Below, in pieces: positions 34,304 to 42,298 of a stretch of 64,000 nt of DNA. The position numbers and the translations under genes were made by a program. Source of the DNA: Candidatus Woesearchaeota archaeon (lineage in GTDB: Archaea; Nanobdellota; Nanobdellia; SCGC-AAA011-G17; GW2011-AR18). How positions within the stretch are numbered: the first letter of the stretch is position 1; every line of letters starts with the position of its first letter. The notes below the pieces were generated by a model that was not told the origin of the DNA, searched no databases, and saw only the letters and a list, made by a program, of their open reading frames with translations. The stretch is from positions 1-64,000 of the forward strand of contig JAGVZG010000002.1 of the NCBI GenBank assembly GCA_018302765.1, written 5' to 3'.

Positions 34304-34649
34304 TTTTTAGGTAATTTATTAATCCTTCTATATGTCTTAACTTAGTTTTAAATAATAAATTTCTAAGTTTATTATGCAGTTTAACTCCTCTTCTTTGTAA
34401 CTGATGTCTTAATTTATTAAATAATTTTTTACCTTCAGAATCCAAATCTGTTAATATAACAATGTCTTTTCCATTAATACTTTCTATAATTTCAAATATG
34501 GGCTTATTCTTAAGAAATATAACATTAGTTATACCTAATTCATTTAGAGCTTTTTTATCTTTCTTACCTTCAACTATGACTAAGTAATTATTTTGTTTAA
34601 TTTTAGAAATCTCTTCTTTAATATTATCATTATTAGTCTTCAAATTCAT
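34284..34649 (-). CDS. Small TOPRIM domain protein
   Basis: VIVEGKKD and ILTDLDSEG motifs. Confidence 0.85.
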   Translation of the reverse strand: MNLKTNNDNIKEEISKIKQNNYLVIVEGKKDKKALNELGITNVIFLKNKPIFEIIESINGKDIVILTDLDSEGKKLFNKLRHQLQRRGVKLHNKLRNLLFKTKLRHIEGLINYLKINSFLV

Positions 34650-35166
34650 TTTCTAAGGCCTTTGCAATTGCTTCTCCAAATTTTTTTGCTGCACTTGGCC
34701 CTTTAGCGCTAATTACCCTTCCAGAAACCTCAACATCACTTCCAGTGTACACTCCACTATTTTTTTCAACTAATTCTTCTGTATCTTGCCAGCCAGTAGC
34801 ATTTTTTCCTTTGAATATTCCTGCATTAGCTAAAGTACCAGAACCTAAGCATATAGAAGCAATAATCTTGCCTTTCAAGTAAGCTTCTTTTGCAATACTA
34901 TGTGCTGTTTTATTATTCCAGTAGATAGTTGATCCTTGTCCTCCAACAAAAATTATTGCATCATAATTATTAACTTCTATTTTGTCTAAGGTTAATGCTG
35001 AAGTAACTTTTGCTCCAAGCATTCCAGTACATGTATTTGTTGTAGTGCTGGCAACAACAGTTTTTGCTTTATGGTTTTCTAAAATTCTTCTTGGCTCAAA
35101 TAATTCTTCATCTCTAAAATTTTTAGGTGCAATTATGAACAAAACTACTTTTCCAGACAAATCCAT
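34633..35166 (-). CDS. DJ-1/PfpI family protein
   Basis: FRDEEL, YDAIIFVGGQG, nucleophile elbow ASICLG. Confidence 0.9.
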   Translation of the reverse strand: MDLSGKVVLFIIAPKNFRDEELFEPRRILENHKAKTVVASTTTNTCTGMLGAKVTSALTLDKIEVNNYDAIIFVGGQGSTIYWNNKTAHSIAKEAYLKGKIIASICLGSGTLANAGIFKGKNATGWQDTEELVEKNSGVYTGSDVEVSGRVISAKGPSAAKKFGEAIAKALENEFED

Positions 35167-35318
35167 AAATATCTTTAGATTTAATAATATTTAAAACTAA
35201 CTGAAAACCAATAAATTTATTGATATTCCTTGTTCGATCTAATGCCTTTTTCGCTAATTAAATTTCCAAATATATTAGATCAGAAAACTATAAATAGAAT
35301 AAAAGCTAAGATAATACT

Positions 35319-35840
35319 ATGAAAAGATATAAAATAAAGAATTATATTTATACAATACCTAACTTCATTACTTTGTTCAGATTTCTACTAATACCATTTA
35401 TTTTATATTTTATAGTAAAAGACAGAATGATTATTGTCTTAACTTTATTTGCTATTTCAACATTATCAGACATGTTTGATGGTTTGTTAGCAAGAAAACT
35501 AAATCAATCTAGCTATTATGGTGGGATGTTTGATGCTCTAACAGACACTATTTTAATATTGACAACAATAACGTTTTCTTATCTGACAAACCATATATCT
35601 GCAGTAGTTTTAGTGGCTTTGCTAGCGCCTAAAATAATAACATTCTTATTACTAACTTTCTTACATAAGGCAGAATACAAACCAACAATATTTTCTAGAC
35701 TATCTTCTTTATTTTTTTATTTGTCAATACCTATTTTTTTATTAGACATCCATACTGCAATAGAATACTTATTAATAGCTATAATTTATGTTTTATCTTT
35801 AATACACTGGACAAAATTGTTTATTTTAAGATTTAAGTAA
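35319..35840 (+). CDS. CDP-alcohol phosphatidyltransferase family protein
   Basis: TIPNFITLFR and D..DG.LAR......G...D...D signature; multiple TM helices. Confidence 0.85.
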   Translation: MKRYKIKNYIYTIPNFITLFRFLLIPFILYFIVKDRMIIVLTLFAISTLSDMFDGLLARKLNQSSYYGGMFDALTDTILILTTITFSYLTNHISAVVLVALLAPKIITFLLLTFLHKAEYKPTIFSRLSSLFFYLSIPIFLLDIHTAIEYLLIAIIYVLSLIHWTKLFILRFK

Positions 35841-35847
35841 TTTTATG

Positions 35848-36147
35848 TTAGCAACAAAGAAAATTTGCATCACAATCATTAACTTTACAATAAATAATTT
35901 CTCCTTGTGTCCAATCGACAATAGGGTAACATAATTGTTTTGGAAATTTTATTGTTTTCCCTGAAGAATCATAGGTCCTAACAATATTACAGGAATCATC
36001 ATTACAATCAATCTCTAAAATATATTCATTATATTTACATGTTCCATGGGCTGACATCCTATTAAAGACGTCGTATGTAATAAAAGCTTCTAATCTAAAA
36101 GGATTTAAAATGCAAGAAAATAATACTAAAGCACTTAATTTTTTCAT
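35848..36147 (-). CDS. Small secreted Cys-rich hypothetical protein
   Basis: Signal-peptide-like start, several Cys. Confidence 0.4.
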   Translation of the reverse strand: MKKLSALVLFSCILNPFRLEAFITYDVFNRMSAHGTCKYNEYILEIDCNDDSCNIVRTYDSSGKTIKFPKQLCYPIVDWTQGEIIYCKVNDCDANFLCC

Positions 36148-36155
36148 ATTAAAAA

Positions 36156-36518
36156 CTAACCTAAAATTCTAACTTTTTTACCTTTAGGATTGTCTTTCAT
36201 TAACTGCTGTATTAATATTGCTTTGCCTAATTTATTTATTTTTTCCTTAGCTTTTTCAGAAAATCTGTAAGCAGCAACAGTAACTTTCTTATTTAAATCA
36301 CCTTGTGAGAGAATTTTTCCAGGAACAACTATAAATTCTCCTTCTTTAGAATATTTATCTATTTTATATAAATTAACTTCTCTTCTCTGTCTTGTAGGAC
36401 TTTCTAGATACCTAGCAACAGCCTTCCAAACTTTTACTTTTTCTTTAGTTGACAAACTCTTAAGATCTGCTATTAACTTTTTTAATTCCAATGTTGTTGG
36501 ACCTGTTCTCTTTCCCAT
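36156..36518 (-). CDS. rpl18e: 50S ribosomal protein L18e
   Basis: RRE.NL.KI, VVPGKILSQG, VTVAAYRFSEKA. Confidence 0.93.
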   Translation of the reverse strand: MGKRTGPTTLELKKLIADLKSLSTKEKVKVWKAVARYLESPTRQRREVNLYKIDKYSKEGEFIVVPGKILSQGDLNKKVTVAAYRFSEKAKEKINKLGKAILIQQLMKDNPKGKKVRILG

Positions 36519-36567
36519 AGTTTTGGTTTTTTATTTTAATTTATAAGGCTTTCTAATAGTTTTGGCA

Positions 36568-36603
36568 TGTGTAGTCCGGTGACATATGTCACCGGACTAC
36601 ACA
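36568..36603. repeat. Perfect 36-bp palindrome TGTGTAGTCCGGTGACAT|ATGTCACCGGACTACACA
   Basis: 18-bp arms, no mismatch, no spacer. Confidence 0.95.
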
Positions 36604-36625
36604 CTTGCTCTTTATTAGTGGCAAG
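36604..36625. repeat. 22-bp direct repeat, left copy (CTTGCTCTTTATTAGTGGCAAG)
   Basis: 21/22 identical to 37775-37796; internal dyad CTTGC...GCAAG. Confidence 0.9.
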
Positions 36626-36682
36626 ACAGAAAGAAAGTTTTATATATTACTATTTGTAATAGTATTATTGTAAAATGTAATA

Positions 36683-37249
36683 ATGAAAAGCGAAATCAAG
36701 ATCTTAAAACTATTAATTAGTAGAAAAGAAGAAAATTTTACAATTAAGAAAATAGCTGAGAATACAAAAATTAATTACAGAATAGCCTACGAAACAATAA
36801 TCTTACTCGAGAAAGAAGGATTAATCAGTATAAATAAATCAGGGAATTCAAAAATTTGTAAATTTACAAACAAATTTAACAGCAAAGTATTTGATGCAGA
36901 ATACGAAAGAAAGCAGGAATTATTCAAAAATAAAGATTTTTTAGTAATTCACAACAGGCTTGCTGAGCTTAAATTCTCTTTTATCGTAATGTTGTTTGGT
37001 TCACATGTAAAAGGAAAGGCTAACAAACACTCTGATATAGATATTTTGGCTATTGGCGGGAATGAAAAAGAGATAAGAATGACACTTTCTTTGTTTCCAG
37101 AAAAATCACACTTGACATATATCACTTACGAAGAATTTATTCATATGGAACGAAGCAAAGAATTTTCAGTAGTAAGCGAAGCACTTAAAAATAATATAGT
37201 CTTGATTGGGATAGAAGAATACTACAGGTTGTTAAAAAATGCTGAATGA
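36683..37249 (+). CDS. wHTH plus minimal nucleotidyltransferase (MNT), putative antitoxin
   Basis: N-terminal wHTH; LFGSHVKG...SDIDIL Pol-beta NTase motif; overlaps the HEPN gene. Confidence 0.88.
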   Translation: MKSEIKILKLLISRKEENFTIKKIAENTKINYRIAYETIILLEKEGLISINKSGNSKICKFTNKFNSKVFDAEYERKQELFKNKDFLVIHNRLAELKFSFIVMLFGSHVKGKANKHSDIDILAIGGNEKEIRMTLSLFPEKSHLTYITYEEFIHMERSKEFSVVSEALKNNIVLIGIEEYYRLLKNAE

Positions 37250-37769
37250 AGAAAGAATCAAAGAGGCTGAAGTTAATGTCAGGTCTTATTTAAGGGATGG
37301 GCTGCTCAAAAAGACAGACACTAATAAAGACGTGATGAAAATATTAATGTCAAATGGAAAAGAAAGTTTAAGGGTTGCTGAAGAGATACAGCAAAAAGGC
37401 ATATCTGATTTATGGGTGATAGTATGTTCTTATTATTCAATGTATTATTATGCAAATGCAGTCCTAATGAACTTTGGTTACAAAGTAGGAGATAAAATTG
37501 TTCATAAAGTAACTGCTGATGCAATAATTGTTTATATTAGAAGTAAATTAAAAGAATCTCTAATTGAAGAATATGAAAAAACAAAGGATGAAGCTCTTAA
37601 CCTTGCTGGAATAAAGGCAGATGCTTTGATAGAATCATTGGATTTTGAAAGAAATAAGAGGAGTTTCATACAATATAAGACAATTGATGTTGAAAAACAT
37701 TCAAAAGCCAAGACTTCTTTAGAAAGAGCAAAAGAATTCACAAAAGAAATGGAAAAACTACTTATCTAA
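37239..37769 (+). CDS. HEPN domain protein, putative toxin
   Basis: SYYSMYY.A.A.L, KIVHKV, RNKRSFIQY; paired with MNT. Confidence 0.82.
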   Translation: MLNEERIKEAEVNVRSYLRDGLLKKTDTNKDVMKILMSNGKESLRVAEEIQQKGISDLWVIVCSYYSMYYYANAVLMNFGYKVGDKIVHKVTADAIIVYIRSKLKESLIEEYEKTKDEALNLAGIKADALIESLDFERNKRSFIQYKTIDVEKHSKAKTSLERAKEFTKEMEKLLI

Positions 37770-37774
37770 AAAGT

Positions 37775-37796
37775 CTTGCTCTTTATTAGTAGCAAG
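37775..37796. repeat. 22-bp direct repeat, right copy (CTTGCTCTTTATTAGTAGCAAG)
   Basis: 5 nt after the HEPN stop; 21/22 identical to 36604-36625. Confidence 0.9.
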
Positions 37797-37935
37797 CTGT
37801 TGTCTCAAAAATCCTAAATTGACTCCGTAGTTGCTCCAAAATTGTTAATGATATTTATAACTTATTTTTCTTTAGTAGTTGTATGAAATTAAAAAACATG
37901 CAAATTATGTGAAAGAAGAATTGAATCTTATGAAA

Positions 37936-38217
37936 TTACAATTTGGATAATTGTTTATTATCATTAAAAGCCGCTTCAAGTACTCGATCATCTTCAATTT
38001 CTTTTTTTATTTTGTATAATTGAGCCTCACGAAATTTATTTTCATTTAATACATTCTCAAGTTCGAACTTTGTTTTTATTAACTTACTTAGCTCAGTTAA
38101 GATTTCAGGAGTAAATATTCCTTTCTTATTTAAAATTCTAAGAATATTAGTGTTATAACTTAGCATAACTGCAGAGCCTTCTAGCACAGCTAAAACCTTT
38201 TCATAACTTTTTGCCAT
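37936..38217 (-). CDS. Hypothetical protein
   Basis: 93-aa ORF directly downstream of tRNA-Leu. Confidence 0.45.
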   Translation of the reverse strand: MAKSYEKVLAVLEGSAVMLSYNTNILRILNKKGIFTPEILTELSKLIKTKFELENVLNENKFREAQLYKIKKEIEDDRVLEAAFNDNKQLSKL

Positions 38218-38299
38218 AAGAATTCTTATTTAAACTTATTTATAAATTGTGTCCGACAGAGAAACGCTCTTGCTTGAAGGTATAATGCGGGGAACAGGA

Positions 38300-38336
38300 T
38301 TTTCGTATTTGTTTAAACTTTTTCTAAAAGTTTGTT
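38300..38336 (-). other. tRNA intron 2 (37 nt, T-loop position 59/60)
   Basis: Central helix TTCG/CGAA, bulges AA|A and AA|T; outer helix relaxed (internal hairpin AAACTTTT/AAAAGTTT). Confidence 0.75.
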
Positions 38337-38374
38337 TTCGAACCTGCGTAGACCTAAGCCACTAGGTCCTTAGC

Positions 38375-38406
38375 TTAGCTTTCTAATCATTCAATTCTGA
38401 TTAAAT
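38375..38406 (-). other. tRNA intron 1 (32 nt, position 30/31)
   Basis: BHB: central helix GGCT/AGCT, bulges AG|A and AA|G, outer helix TTTAATCA/TGATTAGAA with one bulged A. Confidence 0.8.
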
Positions 38407-38474
38407 CTAGCCCGTTTGGCCACTCCGGCATCCCCGCTTTATTTATAACAATAAAATTTTATTTATTAATTTAT

Positions 38475-39521
38475 CTAATAAATTTTAGTATAAGGTTTTG
38501 TAATACTTCTATCAGGATATAAAACTTTAAGAGCATTAATTATTTTAGCCTCTATACTTCTTCTATTTTTTATAACAGTTCCATAATTTTTTTCACCTAC
38601 ATCTAAACTCTCGGCAATATAATTTCTTTCAAAACCATAGTCTTCAAATTCATAAATTTGACTGGCTAAACTGTAAGTTATTCTTTTACCAGATACAAGT
38701 TTAGAAATATTTCTAGTACGCCCATTATTATGATGTTTAAAATAGCACGCAACAACATGGTCTTTTATACCCAGGAAATAGGCAATATCTTCAGTACTTA
38801 TAGAAATATTCAATGCTCTTTCTAATGCTTCTTTTTTATACTGTGGCGTAACTTTTCTTTCTCTAGATCCATACATTGGATCTAATCCCACTCCCTTAAG
38901 AATATCACTTACGCTGGATGGATGCAGCTGCCCTTCAGCAAGATCTTCTAAAGAAACCTTAACTTTTTTACCTAAAGCATTATAATAATTTCTAAAAACT
39001 TTTATCAATATATCCCAGGAATGCATTCCCTTTTTAATTCTTCTTTTATTAGTACGATATTCTACAGCTTTTTCATATTCTGGACCAGCCTTATTAGCTT
39101 CTTCAAGTAAATAATATCTTATTGTGTCATATAAAAACTGTTTTTTAGATATTTCTAGTGATTCTTTTTTTAATCTTTCATACCTTTTATTTTTTTCATA
39201 AAGTTTTCTATTCTTTAACCAATTATTATGTTGTCCACTGCCAATTATATAATACAATATTCCCTGTGATGAAATGCCAATCCTATTCTTAATTTCTCTT
39301 AGATTCAAACCTTCATCTATTAACGTATCAATTTCTGGCCTAAATCTATATGGAATTACGTCTTCAGGCAGCTCTATTTCCTCTTCAGTAAAAACCTTAC
39401 TTAGAGTACTTGCTCTTAATCCTGTTAATCTGCATAATTCTTCTACAGATCTTGTTCCTCTACCTAATGCTTCTTTTATAATTTGAGCTGCTTTGTCTCT
39501 TAATTTTGGTCTTCCCAACAT
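38475..39521 (-). CDS. Hypothetical protein with several HTH-like segments
   Basis: SVEELCRLTGLRASTLSKV, NLREIKNRIGISSQGI, STEDIAYFLGI. Confidence 0.55.
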   Translation of the reverse strand: MLGRPKLRDKAAQIIKEALGRGTRSVEELCRLTGLRASTLSKVFTEEEIELPEDVIPYRFRPEIDTLIDEGLNLREIKNRIGISSQGILYYIIGSGQHNNWLKNRKLYEKNKRYERLKKESLEISKKQFLYDTIRYYLLEEANKAGPEYEKAVEYRTNKRRIKKGMHSWDILIKVFRNYYNALGKKVKVSLEDLAEGQLHPSSVSDILKGVGLDPMYGSRERKVTPQYKKEALERALNISISTEDIAYFLGIKDHVVACYFKHHNNGRTRNISKLVSGKRITYSLASQIYEFEDYGFERNYIAESLDVGEKNYGTVIKNRRSIEAKIINALKVLYPDRSITKPYTKIY

Positions 39522-39631
39522 TACTATAACAAAAATAAAACAAATTATAAATCTTGTTATTTGTTACTACTATAAAATAATTTCATTATAAGGCTAGTTA
39601 AATATAAAAATACATAGTTAACTAAAAGATC

Positions 39632-41323
39632 ATGAACGAATTAATCTATAAGCATGCACTTCATAATGCAGTAAAATATGAAGGAAAAGCCAACTTAGGA
39701 GCAATTATAGGAAAAGTTCTTGCTGAAGATCCAGATTTAAAATCCAACATGAAGTCATTAGGAAAGGAAGTTGCAGACATAATTAAAAAAGTAAACTCTA
39801 TGAAACTAAAAGACCAAATTGAGGAATTAGAAAAAATTGCTCCTGAACTTTTAGAAGAAAAAAATATTGTAGAAGAAAGAAGGCTGCCGCCATTGCCAAA
39901 TGTTAAAGACCATGTGATTTTAAGAGTTGCTCCATATCCATCTGGACCATTGCATATAGGAAATGCAAAACAAATTATAATCAATGATGAGTATGCAAAA
40001 ATCTACAAAGGCAAATTATTATTAGTAATAGATGATACTATCGGGAGCGAAGAAAAAAATATAGAGCCTGAAGCTTATGACTTAATTCCTGACGGACTTA
40101 AATGGCTAAATGTTAGTTTTGATAGTAATATTGTTTACAAATCAGATAGACTAGAAATTTATTATAAACATGCTGAAGATCTGATAAGAAAAGGAATGGC
40201 TTATACATGTAAATGCTCATCTGAGAAACTTAGGGAAAACAGGGCAAACAGAATAGAATGTTTATGCAGAAAAAATAAAGTTTCTGATATTTTAGAAGAA
40301 TGGCATGAAGTGCTGAAAGACAAGTACAAACAAGGTGAAATAGCTTTGAGATTAAAAACAAGCATGCAGCACCCCAATCCTGCATTTAGAGACAGAGTTT
40401 TATTTAGAATATCTGAAAGGGTACATCCTAGAGTTGAAAATAAATACAAAGTATGGCCAATGCTTGAATTTTCCTGGGCTGTTGATGATTACTTACTAAA
40501 AATAACTCATGTAATAAGAGGAAAAGAATTAATGATAGAAAGTGATATGGAGAGATTTATTTGGGAGATTTTTGGATGGAAAGGCCCAGAATTAATGCAT
40601 ACAGGATTATTAACTATAGAAGGCGTGAAACTAAGTAAAAGTAAAAGTAAAAGCGAAGTAAAATCAGGCAAATATTTTGGATGGGATGATCCCAGAACTT
40701 GGAGTCTACAGTCTTTAAGAAGAAGGGGCTTTAAAGTAGAAGCTATAAGAAGTTTTTGTTTAAGTTTTGGAGTTAATGAGAATGAATCTACTGTTTCTGT
40801 TGATAAATTCTATGCAGAAAATAGAAAGCTGGTAGAATCTGAAGCAAATAGATATTTCTTAGTTGAAGATTCAGTAGAAGTAGAAATAGAGGATGCACCT
40901 AAAACAGAAATTGAATTAAAATTACATCCAGATTTTCCAGAAAGGGGCTTTAGAAATTATATAACAAATGGCATGTTTCATATTTCAAGAAAAGATTTTA
41001 ATAATATAGAAGATGGTAAAATAAATAGGCTAATGGATTGTATGAATTTTATTAAGAAAGGAAATAAATTCATGTTCCATAGTTTAGAATATGAGAAGTT
41101 TAGAGATGCGAAAAATAAGGGCATGATAATACATTATGTTCCTAAGGATAATTGTGTTGGTTTTGAAGTATTGATGGATAATGGAGAAATAATTAATGGT
41201 GTTGCTGAAGATCAGATTAAAAATTTAAAAATTGATGATGTAATTCAAGCTGAAAGGAGATTTTTCTGCCGCTTAGATGCTGTACAAAATGATGTTTATA
41301 AATTCTGGTTTACGCACAAGTAA
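39632..41323 (+). CDS. gltX: Glutamyl-tRNA synthetase (archaeal type)
   Basis: RVAPYPSGPLHIGN, WPMLEFSWAVDD, ITHVIRGKE, KLSKS, WDDPR. Confidence 0.95.
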   Translation: MNELIYKHALHNAVKYEGKANLGAIIGKVLAEDPDLKSNMKSLGKEVADIIKKVNSMKLKDQIEELEKIAPELLEEKNIVEERRLPPLPNVKDHVILRVAPYPSGPLHIGNAKQIIINDEYAKIYKGKLLLVIDDTIGSEEKNIEPEAYDLIPDGLKWLNVSFDSNIVYKSDRLEIYYKHAEDLIRKGMAYTCKCSSEKLRENRANRIECLCRKNKVSDILEEWHEVLKDKYKQGEIALRLKTSMQHPNPAFRDRVLFRISERVHPRVENKYKVWPMLEFSWAVDDYLLKITHVIRGKELMIESDMERFIWEIFGWKGPELMHTGLLTIEGVKLSKSKSKSEVKSGKYFGWDDPRTWSLQSLRRRGFKVEAIRSFCLSFGVNENESTVSVDKFYAENRKLVESEANRYFLVEDSVEVEIEDAPKTEIELKLHPDFPERGFRNYITNGMFHISRKDFNNIEDGKINRLMDCMNFIKKGNKFMFHSLEYEKFRDAKNKGMIIHYVPKDNCVGFEVLMDNGEIINGVAEDQIKNLKIDDVIQAERRFFCRLDAVQNDVYKFWFTHK

Positions 41324-41408
41324 TTCTTTATTATTCTTGATAAATTGGATTTGGACTTATAATATATTGATTAACAAGCTTTAAAATTTTTTCCTAAATA
41401 GCATATTT

Positions 41409-41933
41409 ATGTTAAAGGTATTAACTATTCCACAAATTTTAGCAGAATTAGATATTTCTAAAAGCAATAATGTTGAAGGATTGATTGGCGTAGAAGCTTT
41501 AATAGCAGCTGCAGATTTGAGAGGACGTCAAAATAATCATCTTGAACTACTTTTGGAAGATAACTCTGGTTTAGTTGTAAATTATCAATGCCTAGGTGAA
41601 GATTATGTTAAGATGCAAGAAGTATTAAGATATGGTATTTCATACAACGTACCAGTAAAAGTTGTAGGAAAAGTATATAGGCGTGCAGCAGAAAGTGTTC
41701 CGCACATGAAAGCAGAAAGTGTGTCTATAAGGTTAAATTTTAATTATGATGATCCAAGACCTGACTTTGTAAATAAGTTAATGGGAACAGAGAAAAAAAC
41801 CATAAATGGTTATAACACTAAAATTATAAGAATTGATAAAGAAAATTTTGTTTTTTATGCCCCTGATGGTAAAATTACACCTAGCTCATTTGGAATCTCT
41901 TTTTTATTTACAACTGAAAAAGATCAATCCTGA
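41409..41933 (+). CDS. Hypothetical protein (possible OB-fold N-terminus)
   Basis: 174-aa ORF with beta-rich segment ending PVKVVGKVY. Confidence 0.45.
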   Translation: MLKVLTIPQILAELDISKSNNVEGLIGVEALIAAADLRGRQNNHLELLLEDNSGLVVNYQCLGEDYVKMQEVLRYGISYNVPVKVVGKVYRRAAESVPHMKAESVSIRLNFNYDDPRPDFVNKLMGTEKKTINGYNTKIIRIDKENFVFYAPDGKITPSSFGISFLFTTEKDQS

Positions 41934-42220
41934 ATGTATTTTTCTGTATTTTCAAGACACTTTTTAGCCCTGTTTAACTCTTTTTCCAAATATTTTACAT
42001 GATCTTCTCTGCTTACTAGTTTATTGTCTTTAACCCATCTTAAAATTTCTTCTGGATTTTTAGAGCTAAAATCTTTATTTATGATATTTTTTCCAAATCT
42101 TGCTTTTGAATGAGTGTATTTTATCTCTTCGTATTTACAAAAAGCTATTTCTATCTCTTTTTTATCTTGATTAATCCTTATTAAAAAATAACCCACTGGA
42201 TCTAAAATTAACTCTGACAT
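41924..42220 (-). CDS. DUF4346-like small protein
   Basis: DPVGYFLI...VSREDHVKYL..EL..A......YIQD pattern. Confidence 0.65.
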   Translation of the reverse strand: MSELILDPVGYFLIRINQDKKEIEIAFCKYEEIKYTHSKARFGKNIINKDFSSKNPEEILRWVKDNKLVSREDHVKYLEKELNRAKKCLENTEKYIQD

Positions 42221-42298
42221 GTAAATAAATAAATTAGTTTTATTTATAAAATTATTTACACAGAAAACTTAATATAGAGCTTTACAGAAAAATAAGTA

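Larger units (their letters stand above)
38286..38437 (-). tRNA. tRNA-Leu(AAG) with two non-canonical introns (30/31 and 59/60)
   Basis: Acceptor GCGGGGA/TCCCCGC-A; after splicing: anticodon stem CTAGG/CCTAG, loop CT-AAG-GA, long variable arm, T-arm GCAGG-TTCGAAT-CCTGT; mature 83 nt. Confidence 0.85.

Noticed and set aside
36519-38285. Prophage or integrative element at the tRNA-Leu 3' end
   Set aside because: No duplicated tRNA 3' segment, integrase or viral gene was seen; only the small TA cassette is supported.
38401-38405. Reading the tRNA as Leu(TAA) from TT-TAA right after CTAGA
   Set aside because: This leaves an A31-C39 mismatch and no BHB. The 30/31 BHB places TTTAA inside the intron and restores a perfect stem.
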